Origin: Cyanophora paradoxa CCMP329
Lineage: Eukaryota; Plantae; Glaucophyta
Assembly (NCBI GenBank): GCA_004431415.1
Contig: QPMI01000029.1
Span: 248,001-312,000 of the forward strand
Reading direction: 5' to 3'
Length of the DNA: 64,000 nucleotides
The position numbers and the translations under genes are program-made. Below the pieces are notes generated by a model, which worked only from the letters and a program-made list of their open reading frames with translations, did not search any database and was not told the origin of the DNA. Shown one piece after another: positions 19,911 to 31,847 of the stretch (its first letter is position 1; each line of letters begins with the position of its first letter).

Positions 19911-21491
19911 TCAAGGCTTGGCCTTCATCGCCTTGAGGGGCGCGAAGGTCATGCGGTGGATCGCGCACGGCCCTGCGCCCGCAGCGTCAGTCCGAGAAGC
20001 TAGAAGTTGAGAGGGGGCGGGGGGGGGGGGGGGGGGGGGGGGGCGCGCGCGCGCCGTGCTGGGCGATGGCAGCGACATGCTTGGCAGTGGGGTACCCCTT
20101 GTGGACGTCGAAGCCGTAGGCCGGCCAGCGGCGCGCATGCTGCAATCAAATCAAATCGCCTCGCGATCGAGCATCGCAACTGGCCTCCGAGGGGGGTGGG
20201 GGGGGGGTACCTCCTCCATGATCCTGTCCCGCTCCTCCTTCGCGCAGATCGACGCCGCCGCGATCGAAAGGGACCTCGAATCGCCCTTCACGACGGCGCT
20301 GCACGGAATCGCGCCGCCCGCCGTCCTGCCCACCCGCCCGCCCGCCCGCACGGCTCGATCGGCGGGGCGAGCGAACGAAGGCCCCAGATCAAATCACGAG
20401 ACGCACGCGCTGCACTCGATGCCGAAGGGCCCGTCGACGAGCAGGTGGTCCGGCCGGGGCTCTCCCACGTTCCTCACAGCCTCCCGCATCGCCGAGAACG
20501 TCGCCTGGGCCGCCGATCGGAAGAGATCAAATCAGCGAGGCCGGGCCTGGGGAAGCGAGGCGGGCGCCTGCAGGATGTTGTCCCGGTCGATGGCGTCCGC
20601 CTCAGCGATGCCGATGCCGATGCGTACGCGCGGGTCCGCCCGCAGGGCCGCGTAGATCGCGGCTCGCTTCTCGGGGAGCAGTTTCCTGCATCGCCGGCCC
20701 GGCCCTTAAGCGCGCCAGAGGCGCGGGAAACACGAGCGGCAGAGCGGTGGCCGCACTTGGAGTCGTCCACGCCCTCGATGAGGAGGTCCGGGGGCAGAAT
20801 GACCGCGGCAGCCACCACGGGGCCTGCGCGGCCGCGTGGTCAGAGCGCGCGATCAGAGCGGAAGGTCGGCGGAGAGTGCCCGGCCTCACCAGCGAGCGGC
20901 CCGCGACCGGCCTCGTCGACGCCGGCGACCAGCGCCGCGCCCTTCGCGCGGGCCCGGCGCTCGAGGTCCGTCAGCTTGGCCAGCCGCGCCGTCTCCCTCG
21001 CCGCGTGCTCCGCATCTCCGTCGCCCGTCTGCGGCGTCGAGACGATAAGGCGGCGCGCGGCAAGCGAGGGCTCAGGGCTGGCCGAAGCGCACTCGCAGAA
21101 GCTGCCACTCGCGCGGCGGCGGGGCCGGCGCGAAGTCCTCGAGCGCCTCGCCGGGGGCGGGCCGCGAGCGCTTCGCCTTCACCTTCACCGGCCCAGCAGA
21201 GGACTGTGCCTCCGCCTCGACGCTAAGGATCGGCGAGGGCGCGGGCGCCGCCCGGGAATTCGAAACCGCGGAGCTTGAGGCTGTCGCGGACGCGGACGCC
21301 TGCGAGCCCGAGCGCGATCGTAGCGAGTACGTTCGCGCTGGCGGCTCCTCGGCCGGCTGCCGCTGTCGCTTGCCCATGAACGATCGGCTCCGGAGAAGTG
21401 GCGAAGCACGGAAGGCGCTCAGGCTGGCAAGGCTGCTGCAGGGGCGCGCTCTCACAATGTCTGCGACGGGCCCCAGCAGCGCGAAAAGCAT
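19911..21491 (-). CDS. rnhB: Ribonuclease HII (bacterial/organellar type) with N-terminal extension, multi-exon
   Basis: [71 protein letters not shown]. Confidence 0.9.
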
Positions 21492-21629
21492 TCGCAGGCG
21501 ACAGGCCACTGCGAGGGTGTGGGGTACTGATTTCAGGAGGCGAATTCGAAACCAGCCCTCCACTCCGGGCACAACGCGCGGCGGTATCGCATTCCAAGCG
21601 TTCTTCCATCGCGTTAAAGCGCGGCTGAG

Positions 21630-23259
21630 ATGGAGGGGCGGTCGCGGAAGCGGCGGCTAAGCTCAGCCGAGGTCGCGGAGGAGCACGCGAGCAGCTGCGA
21701 GCTACCTGGCGACATTCTCGTCATGATCTTCGCGCAGCTGTCGCAGCCGGACAAGCACAGCGCCGCGCTCGTGTGCCGCAGCTGGGCGAGCGCTGCCCGC
21801 GACCCCTCCCTGTGGGCGGAAGTCACGCTCGACGTCGAGGAGTGCGCCCGCGGCTCCTGAAGTCTAAAGCGAGCGCTTACGCCGGCCCAGGTTCGCCGGG
21901 GCGCCGTCGCACCCATGCGCGCTGTCGGCGGAGGGCGCCAACCGCCTCCTGAAGACCCCGCGCTTCGCCCTGTGCAGGACGCTCATGGTGCAGGTGCGCA
22001 TCCGCGAGCCGCGCTCCTGTGGGCGTCGTCGCGGCTAACGAGTTCGGGCCGCCTCAGTACGCGCAGCTGTTGCCGAAGAGCGATGCGTCGTACGAGTGCC
22101 GGCCGCACATCCACAACGACGGGAGCTGCGCTGCATGCCGCCGCGTCCCCCGCATGAAGCACGCCACGCCGGTGCGAACTGGCGCCACGGCGCTAGCTGC
22201 GCAGGCTGCCCTGCCGTGTCCTCCATGACCCGCTCTGCAGGGATTCCTGGCGAGGCTGCTGCACGGACTGGGCCACCTCCAGCGGCTCGGGATCACGACG
22301 GAGGGCGGCCTCACTTTCGGCGCCTCCGAGCTCCGCGAGATCGCCGCGCTCCTCCCCCACCTCTCCGCCCTTGCTTTTCCGGGCGACCGGCCCGCCGGCT
22401 CCGGCGCCGGCGCCGGCGCCGCGGCCGGCTCCAAGCGCCGCGCCAAGCAGGACTGGGTATCCGCCGCCTCGGCCTTCCGACGCCTCGAGGAGTGCGCGTA
22501 CCCCCCTCCCCCTCTCCCGCCCCGAAAGCTCCTGTACCCCCCTCCTCCTCCGCCCTTCCGACCCGTTCCCCAGGCTGCACGTGACGACGGACGGCGTCAG
22601 CCTGAGCGGGGCGGAGGCGGCGCGGTTCTGCGCGGCCGTGCCGACCCTGCGGCGCGTGCCCGAAGCCTCGGTCGAGTCCGAAGGCGACCTCTCCGCCCTC
22701 GCGGCCGCCCCGCTGCGCGCCGGGCTCGTGACGATCCGCGCCGACCCGGCCGCCCTCGACCCCGCCCTCCTCGCCCGCCTCCTCGCCCGGGGCGCCCGCT
22801 CGGTCGCGATCGCCGAGCCGCCCGGGCCGCGTACCCGGCCCGCAGCTGCCCCGGCCCCTCGCCGCCGCCCTCGCCGGCGCTCGCCTCCTCTCCCTCGAGA
22901 GCGAGTCGCCCTCGGCCCTCTCCGACTCGGCCCTCGCCGCCCTCCGCGGCTCCCGTGTCGAAGTCCTCGCGCTCGCCTGCGCCCGGCCCCAGCGCGCCCT
23001 CACGTTCCCCGGCCTTGTCGACGCACTGAGGGGCATGCCCCGCCTGCGCCGCCTCTACGCGCGGATCCCGGCGCTGGTCGAGGACCGCGCGGACGCCGCG
23101 CACCTCGAGCGGCTCCTCCTGGCGGCGGCGCCGGCGACGGCGCCGGAGCCGGCGGCCCGCGTCGCGGTGCGCCTTGCCGAGAGCGGCGACGGGGGCGCCT
23201 GGCGCCACGCCGGCGTCTCGACCTCCGCCTCCGTCGCATGGATGTCCCCCGACCCCTGA
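21630..23259 (+). CDS. F-box protein (LRR-like C-terminal region), multi-exon
   Basis: LPGDILVMIFAQL...AALVCRSWASAARDPSLW F-box, followed by Leu-rich repeat-like exons. Head-to-head with RNase HII. Confidence 0.78.
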
Positions 23260-23402
23260 GCCTGATCGCGGGCCGGGCGCCCTAGGCCTAGGCCTACCCT
23301 TTACTTTGCACACTTCCTTTCATTCAAGATTCTCGTTAGTTAAGATTGCTCGGTAAAGAGACAGGTACATATGTACTAGTACTACTTAAGCTGGCCTCGC
23401 GA

Positions 23403-26400
23403 TCAGAATCCGGGCCCGGGCTCCAGTGGGCCCGGGATCGGGTCGTGGTAGACCGAGTGGAACAGGCCGGGGTGGTCCCCGGGGGTGAAGCCACGCTTGG
23501 AGTCGCCGCGGCCGGGGTACAGGTGCTGCTGCTGTTCTGCCGTCTCCGAGTAGGGCTCGGGATTGGCTCCGGGTTCGGGCTCAGGCTCGGGTTCCTCCGA
23601 GTCGTGGGCGGGGCCGGCGGGGCCGGCGGGGGCGCCGCGGCCGGCGGCGAGGGCGGCCAGTATCTGGGGTACGAGCTCGGGCCGCTCGGCCACGACCGCG
23701 TGGCCGGATCCGAACACGTGTTCGACGCAGAGGCCGCCCCCGGCCTCCAGGCACTCCGGCCAGCGCGGGGGCGCCTCCCCCTCCCGCGCCTGCGCCGCGA
23801 GGGCGGGCCCAGCCCCGCGTCCGGGCCCACGACGGCGTCGGAGTCGCCCACGAGGGCCAGCACGGGTATGCCGCCGCCGCCCGCGTCGCGAGGAGCGTGC
23901 AGTCGCCGCTGCGGAGCGCGCCCTGCAGGAGGTACGAGCGGCCGGTGGCCGAGGAGCCGCCCCAGGCCGCCGCCAGCTGCGGCGCCGCCGACGGGTCCGA
24001 GAGGAACGCGTCCGCGCAGGCGTCGGCCGCGGAGGCGGCGTCACCGGCCGCGCCGCCGGCGATGGAGGCCTCCACGAGCCGCGCGGCCGCCTCGACGAAC
24101 CGCGGCTCCGTCGCGTCCAGGACCGGGCCCAGCAGCACGAGGCCGGCCGGGCGCGGCGGCGGCGCCGCCGCCGCCGCCGTCGTCTCCGCCGCCGCCGTCC
24201 GCGCCGCGAGCGACGCGTAAGCAACAGCGGCCGCGGCGCCCGTGCCGATGCCGACGAGGTAGAACGGCCGGCCGCGCGTGTCCAGCTGCCCACCCGCCTC
24301 GAGCCGCCCCAGGAGCTGGGCCAGGAGCCCCGCCACCGCCTGGGCCGTCATCGGCAGGCTCGGGTGCGGGGGCACGTTGCCCTGCCCGGGGTACTCCCAC
24401 AGCAGCGCCCGCGAGACGGGGGCCGCCAGGAGCGCCTCTTCAAGCAGCGGCCGAAGCGTCGCGGCGCTCTCCGTCGCGCCCCCAATCACCACGAGGTCCC
24501 TCTGCGGGGGTGCGGGTCAGCTCCGGAGGGTACGGGTCAGATCAGATTGGAGGGGTACCGTGGAGGGGCCCGGACGGAAGGGGCTCGTGGGCCCCAGGAC
24601 GTAGTAAGGAAGCTTGCCCGGCTTGGAGGGGCGCGGGGGGGGAGGCAGGGGGGCGGCGGCCGCCGCCGCGGCCGGGGGCGGCGAGGGCGCGAGGGCGGGC
24701 AGGGACGGGGTGGAGTAGGAAGGGGCGAGGTCGGGGGGAGGTGGGGGCGAGGGCCCCCGGGGGCCTGTGCCCGGGGCCGTGCGGCGGGGGAGGGAGGGCA
24801 CGCTGGCGGCGTGCCGACTCTTCCGGTCCATAAGCGGCGCCGTGCGAGAGCCGGCGAAGGGAGAAATGAGGTACGGGGATACGGCGGGAGGGGAGAAGGG
24901 GCCGGGCGGGCCGCCGGCGGTCGCGGCGGCGGCAGGTGGCGGCGGCGGCGGCGCGAAGGGTGAGGGAACGGCCTCTCCAAGCCACGGCTTGCGGTAGGGC
25001 CGCGCCGGCTCGGGCAGGCGGGGGTACGCGTGCCGCGGCTCCTCGCGATCGGGGGAGGGGCTGCGGCGGGCTGGGGAGGTCCGCTTGGCGGCGGGGGGCG
25101 GAGGAGGGTACGACTCGTTCAGGGGCGGCGGAGGGGACTCGGGGGGGCGGGGCGGGGGGGAGGGCGACGAGCCGGGGGACCCCGGCGAGCCGGGAGAGTT
25201 GTAACCCCCGCTTTCGCCGTACCCCCTCTCCTCCCCCTCCTCGGCAACGCGGGCCGGCCGCAGGGAGCGGGAGCGGGGCGGCGATGGCGAGCCCGCGTCG
25301 CCGTACCCCCCCTCCTCCGTTGCGCCCAGCCCCCAGGAGCGGGAGCGGGGCGGCGAGGCCGCCACGGGCGGCGGCTGCAGCCTGTAAAGCTCGGCGGCGG
25401 CCGCCTGGTTCTTGGGTACGAGTTTGAGCGTGAACTGGGGGCCCCCGGGGTCGACCCCGTCCGGGAACCCCAGCTCCGCGAGCCGCTAAGGAACGGAATC
25501 CAATAAGATACAAGGGACGGCTAAGATAACAACAAAAAGTTTATAAGCCGCACCCGGTCTATGGCCTTGGAGATGCGGCGGACGGCCGCCGGGTCCTTCG
25601 CGGCGTGCTCGAGGGTCGCGGGGGTAGGCAGCCACTTGCCCCCCGGGCCCTGCGCGATGCTTAGGGCAGGTCAGGGGGGAGGGCGGAGGGAAAGGGGGGT
25701 ACCGGCTCGATCTCGCGGGGCGGGGGGGCGGCCGCCGGCGCGGGCCTCGCCGCCATGTCCACCGACTGGCGAACGAAGCGTCAGATCCCTCCCCCCCTCC
25801 CCCGAACGAGGGGGGGTACAGCGCACCTGCGTCGAGAGGCGGCGCATGCCGATGCGCCTGAGGGGATCGGCCGCAATGTCGACGCCCTTCGCGGCCGGCG
25901 TAAGGGGGGGCGGAGAGCGCCGCGCGAATGCGGCCCAGCCCGGATTCGAACCTTGACCTCGTAGTTGCGGATGAGGCGCAGCGTCCGCTGCAGCGTCTCT
26001 TCGCGCTCGCTGCTCGGCGGGCGGGCGGCTCAGAGAAGATCCCCGAGCGGGGGTACAACCAAGAAGAGGGCGCTTCGTTCGCACCGGTCGAGCTGCGTGT
26101 AAACGCGGTAGCAGCTCTGGCACACTTGCACCTGCGCGGCGGCGCCGGCCGGCTCAGGAAGGGGGGGGTATCGGTGAGTAGAGGGGGGGGCGCGGGGGGG
26201 TACCGATTTGTAGAGTGAGCCGGGGTCCACCGTGTCGGCCTCGCGGTACAGGGCGAGCCGCTTGAGGCCTGCTCAAACAGACGCTCAGACACGGCGCTCA
26301 GACGGGCGCTCAGACGCTCAGGGCGCACATCGCCAGACGGTGGAGTCGGACTTCTGCAGGACGAGCTTCTCGAGCGTCGCCAGCATGATGCTCTGCGCGG

Positions 26401-28932
26401 GATCGGGGGGCGGGGGCGGGGGTCAGAGCAGCGCGAGCCAGAGGCGAGCTCGAGCTCGAATCAAAGGGTGGGGACAGGAGTCAAGAGGAGGTGAGGCGAC
26501 CACCTTCTATGAGACGAAACTAAGAATATGTAAAAAGAACTAGAAAGCTTCGGATCCAAAAGACAAGGAGGAGAAGCCCCGCGCGCCTTCCAGGAGATCT
26601 AGGATCTAGAAGAGAACGATAATGAAGAAATTTAGGATCTAGAAGAGAAGCCCCGCGCGCGCGGGCGCGCCTTCCAGGAGACGAAGGCCTCGGGGCCGGC
26701 GGGGTCCAGCTCCCCGTGGGCCCCCGCCTCGGCCCGCTTCGCCGCGTGCTTCTCGCGCTCCTCCTGCGGCCCAAAGAAGACGCCTCAGGGCACTCTAAAA
26801 ATAGATAGATTAAGGAGCGGGCGGGGGCGCGCGCGCGCGTCCTGCGGAAGGAGGGAGGGGGCGGAGGCGCGCCTCTAAAAAATAGATCTCTAAGAATAGA
26901 TCGCCGAGCGGAAGGAGGGAGGGGGCGGGGGCGCGCGCGCGCGCGCGCCCTGCGGAAGGAGCGGATGAGCTCGCCGAGCTCGTCGTGGCCGTGCCCGTGG
27001 TGCCCGTCCAGGTGCTTCAGCCCTGCGAACGAAGGCGGTTGGGGGGGGGAAGAGGGGGGGTAGGGGGAAGAGGGGGGGGGCGCACCCAGCGGCTGGTCCG
27101 AGTCGTAGGAGCAGAAGCCACCGGGGCACAGCTGCGCAGCGGAAGTTTCGGGAGGGGAGGGGGAGGAAGATGGTAGGGGTGGGGGGGTACGCCGCACCCG
27201 CTCGGGGCGAAAGGCGCGGCGCAGGGCGCGGGCGCGCTCGTCGCCCCCTTCGTCCGCCTCCACCTCCTGTACGTACCCCCGAGACCCGTCACGAAGGTCC
27301 CCCTACCCCCCGCTAGAAGGGGTACGGCGTGCTCGCTCGCCTTGAGGAGGAGGCGGTTGCGGCGGCGTGCCTCCTCCCGGTCGCGCTTGGCGAGGCGGTC
27401 GGCGGCCGTGCGGGCCTCGGGAGACTTGGGCGGCCGCGGCGGCGGCGAGGCCGAAGGCGAAGGCGGCGCCGCCATACGGACGGAGGGGTTCCGAGACCCG
27501 GCAGGGCCCTGTTGGCCGGCCCGGACCGACGACGACGGGTTGCGGGATCCGGCGGGGAGGGGCCCAGGGCTGTCAAGCCCCTCGCTCCCGTCCGCGCTCG
27601 ATCGGCTCTTGAGGGAGCGCGGCGGCGGCAGCTTCTTCGTGCCCGTCACGTGCGCCGGCCGGAGCGCCCACAGCTGCGCACGCCCGGCCCGCTCGGAACG
27701 GAACGAACGGCCCCTCCGGGATTCGAGCCCGGGCCCGCGCGCGCACCCGCCCCGCGTAGTCGAACATGTACTCCATCGCGATGCGCTGGATGGTCTGCAA
27801 GGGGGGGGGAGAAGTCAGGGGGGGGGGGAAGTCAGCCGCGGGTACGCGAAATTCGGCCCTCTTTTTCGCCGCGTGCGCACTATGTCCTTCCGCTCCGCGA
27901 GGAACTCGACGAGCGACGAAGTCGCCGCGTTCAGCTGCTCCATCTCCTGCGCGCCGGCCCCGGGTTCGATTCCGGGCGGGGGCGCTTTTCCCTCCCTCCC
28001 TTCCTTCCTCCCCGGAGGCGCGCCTTGCCGGTGGGGCGGACGGAGATGGGGGAGCGGAGACCGGTGGCGTCGAGGATGCGGTGGCGCTCGAGGGCCGTCG
28101 TGAATCGCGGGGGGCCCGTCCGCTTGTTGATCGCAAGCTGCCGCCCGGCCTCGGTTAGACGCGGGCGATCAAATCAACTAAGTAACTCGACGGCCTTCGA
28201 GCGCCGAGCTCGCCTCGTTGCGCATGATGCCGGTACCCGGGAGGGGGGGTACGAATGCCTGCAGGGCGGCCAGGTTCTCGCGGACGGGGCTCGGCTCGTG
28301 CGTCAGGAACGCCTCGACGTACTCCATCTCCGTCAGGTTCGTCCACGTGATCGAGCCGTCCCCTGCGCCCGCCTCAGTCAGATATATAGACAAACAGAGT
28401 TGCAGGAGAAGAAGAGGCACCGCGGAGGTGCCAGGCGACGCAGAGGAAGCCGTGCGGGTTGGCCTCAGGCTCCGCGAAGGCGGTCCGAGCGAAGCCGTCC
28501 CGCACGGACGCCCAGTCCGGCTCCCGCCGCTTCTTAATGTGCCCGTCCTGCGCGCCGCCGCCGCCGGCATCAGCGAGGGCAGCGGACAAGCTGGAGATAG
28601 AGGCGGGCGGGGCGGGGCGGACGCGGGCGCAGAAGAAGTATGTGCTGGGCTGCCCCTCGTGGATCAGGACGGTGTCGACGAGCTTCAGCTGCGCCCCGGC
28701 GTGCTTCGTCCATCTGCGTGGAGCGTCGGCTCGAGGCGCGGCGAAGCCCCGCGGCCCGGGTCGGGCGGAGGTGTGCGAGCGGCGCACATGCATGTAGCTA
28801 GGAACTCGATGAACGAGCTCGGCAGCGGCTCCGTTCCGTGGGCTCCCGACAGCGTCTTGTGCATCCCGCCTCCGTGCTTGTGACCGACCCGACTCACAGC
28901 TGGGGCTGGATGGTGGGGCCTCCAGAGGCCAT
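23403..28932 (-). CDS. Large multi-exon hypothetical protein with Cys motifs and a C-terminal alpha/beta-hydrolase-like domain
   Basis: Exon peptides LKLVDTVLIHEGQPSTYFF, LCPGGFCSY, VQVCQSCYRVYTQLD, ALLWEYPGQG, FYLVGIGTGAAAAVAYA, GHAVVAERPE. Confidence 0.6.
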
Positions 28933-29259
28933 TCCAAGCAAAGGCCTTAGCTTAGCCACGCCACTTCAGCTGCCGACGCCGCAGCCGAGGCGGCAGTCCG
29001 ACGCGCTCTCCAACCAGCGGGCGGGGGGCGTCGGCTACGCGTGCCGTCACTCTTTAATGGTCGGCTGATACCGGTGCTCCGGAAAGCTGCAGCTAGCGCT
29101 CTTGCAATTGCGTTCCTCGGCTAAGTGCGGAGATATTTGCGTACCCCAGAACAGCCGCTGGTCCGGCGCTGGAACGCGCTGATGACGGGCACATCAAGAA
29201 GCGGCGGGAGCCTGCTGCAGGACGGGCACAGGACTGGGCCTGCTGCAGGATGACTTCGG

Positions 29260-30458
29260 CCTGCCGCCTGCGGCCTGCCGCGAATGCTTTTCGCGTTGCT
29301 GGGGCCCGTCGCAGACATCTTTAGAGCGCGCCCCTGCAGCAGCCTCGCCAGCCTGAGCGCCTTCCGTGCTTCGCCGCTTCTCCGGAGCCGATCGTTCATG
29401 GGCAAGCGACAGCGGCAGCCGGCCGATGAGCTGCCGGCGCGAACGTACTCGCTACGATCGCGCTCGGGCTCACAGGCGTCCGCGTCCGCGACAGCCTCAA
29501 GCTCCGCAGTTTCGAATTCCCGGGCGGCGCCCGCGCCCTCGCCGATCCTAAGCGTCGAGGCGGAGGCACAGTCCTCTGCTGGGCCGGCGAAGGTGAAGGC
29601 GAAGCGCTCGCGGCCCGCCCCCGGCGAGGCGCTCGAGGACTTCGGGCCGGCCCCGCCGCCGCGTGAGTGGCACCTTCTGCGAGTGCGCTTCGGCCAGCCC
29701 TAGGTCCTCGCTTGTCGCGCGCCGCCTGATCGGCTCGACGCCGCAGACGGGCGACGGAGATGCGGAGCACGCGGCGAGCTCAGGGAGACGGCGCGGCTGC
29801 AGCTCAGCTGGCCACGCTGACGGACCTCGAGCGCCGGGCTCGCGCGAAGGGCGCGGCGCTGGTCGCCGGCGTCGACGAGGCCGGTCGCGGGCCGCTCGCT
29901 GGTGAGACCGGGCACTCTCTGCCGACCTTCCGCTCTGATCGCGCGCTCTGACCATGCGGCCGCGCAGGCCCCGTTGTGGCTGCCGCGGTCATCCTGCCCC
30001 CGGACCTTCTCATCGAGGGCGTGGACGACTCCAAGTGCGGCCCAGCTCTGCCGCCCGTGTCTCCCGCGCCTCTGGTGCCACGTTGCGCTAACTGGCCGGG
30101 TCGGCGCGCAGGAAACTTCTCCCCGAGAAGCGAGCTGCGATCCACGCGGCACTGCGGGCGGACCCGCGCGTGCGCATCGGCATCGGCATCGCCGAGGCGG
30201 ACGCCATCGACCGGGACAACATCCTGCAGGCGCCCGCCTCTCTTCTCCAGGCCCGGCCTCGCTGATTTGATGTCTTCCGATCGGCGGCCCAGGCGACGTT
30301 CTCGGCGATGCGCGAGGCTGTGAGGAATGTGGGGGAGCCCCGGCCCGACCACCTGCCCGTCGACGGGCCCTTCGGCATCGAGTGCAGCGCGTGCGTCTCG
30401 TGATTTGATCTGGGGCCTTCGTTCGTTCGCCCCGCTGATCGAGCCACGCGGGCGGGCG
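29260..30458 (+). pseudogene. Inverted, 3'-truncated duplicate of the RNase HII gene
   Basis: High identity, introns included, to the reverse complement of ~20340-21507. Carries 5-bp and 11-bp frameshifting insertions near 29780-29810 and lacks the KGDS and final exons. Confidence 0.85.
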
Positions 30459-31847
30459 CCCACAGCCGCCGCTGCAGTCAATCGCAAGTCTTCAACTGTG
30501 CCCCCGTCGACTATGTCAACACTCCTACGGCCAGCACCCGTCTCCGTCCGTCCCCGCGGCGCAAGCTGTGGTTCCCCCATGGCCGTGTAATCAGCAATGA
30601 TCATGAGCAGCAGTCACAGCTGCAGTTGCAGCTCGTTCTCTCGTCAACATTGTGTTACCCCCTCGAGCGCGCGCATGATCATAATTATGATATGATCAGC
30701 TGGCTGAGTACTGAGTTGATCATGATTAGATCTAGATTTTTCTTTAGGATTCGTACGGAGTACTCTATATCGCGCGAGTCTCGGAGGCCGGGCGGAGTGG
30801 GGTGGGGACCGTCGGACGTCGACTCGGCTTGTCTTAGCGAATTCGCCAAGTCGATTCCCGACTCGAGCTCAAGTGATGGGAATTCCGGCAAGAGCGATTT
30901 CCTGAAATGCCGTGAGCTGCGTGCAAGTCTTAATGGTGTGCCGGTTCCGGGGCTGCGGACCCGCACCGCGAGTTCTCTGACGCACCTCGCCGAGTCGATC
31001 TCGCGCGCCACAGCCGGATCAGATTGATATTCATGATCCCGGACTTCTTTCGCACTCTGAATCGATCTCGCGGCCGCGCTAAATTTGCCGCCCGTAGGTT
31101 GAGGCGGACTTGCTGGTCTCGGAGGTGGAGCTGGCCGACGACGCCGCGGCGGCGGCGATCGAGCTAGCCTTTAATTTGCGGCCGACGCTTACTAAGTTAG
31201 AGTTAGGCCCCTGACCTTCAGCGCACTGTCTTTGAAAAATTGCGGGCGACCAGTAATATCATTGGTAGTTGGCTTGCTAGGCTTCAGTAGTTCAATTTGG
31301 TTGTTCAATGAAGTTTTCTGTACATGCGTGCAGATTTTCCCGTGAACCAGAAATTAAAGCCGTGGCCGGCGCTGCACCCGACCCCGGGCCCCCGACGGGG
31401 TGACCCGCGCCCCCCTAGCTGCCCGTGCATATATGCATGCTTCTGCCCTCATCTTCAGGCTCTGGCAGGCTTGTTAGGCCTTAATTCGGCTATAGCATGT
31501 GCTCGCGCCCTTCAATTGCAACGAAGTTTCCAGAGCACCTTTGATCGAATAAAATCATGAGCTGGTCAGCATGGAAAACTAATTCGTTGGTCCCGGCCCC
31601 CGGCCCCCCAACCAACCCGCCCGAGCTCTTGCGCACGAAGGAATGAATCATACCTACACTCAATTACAGCTGCTCACGATCACGGGCATCGAATCTGAAG
31701 CCTCGGAAGGGGCCTAACCTCGATCTGAGCCCTTGGCAGCTCGAACTGAGCTGCGCGCACTTGCGTATGGACAAAGGGGCGCGCCTGCGCGTATGCATGC
31801 GCCCGCGCTCCGTTCCGGCTCTCCCTCCTTTTTTCTCGCCCGCCCGC

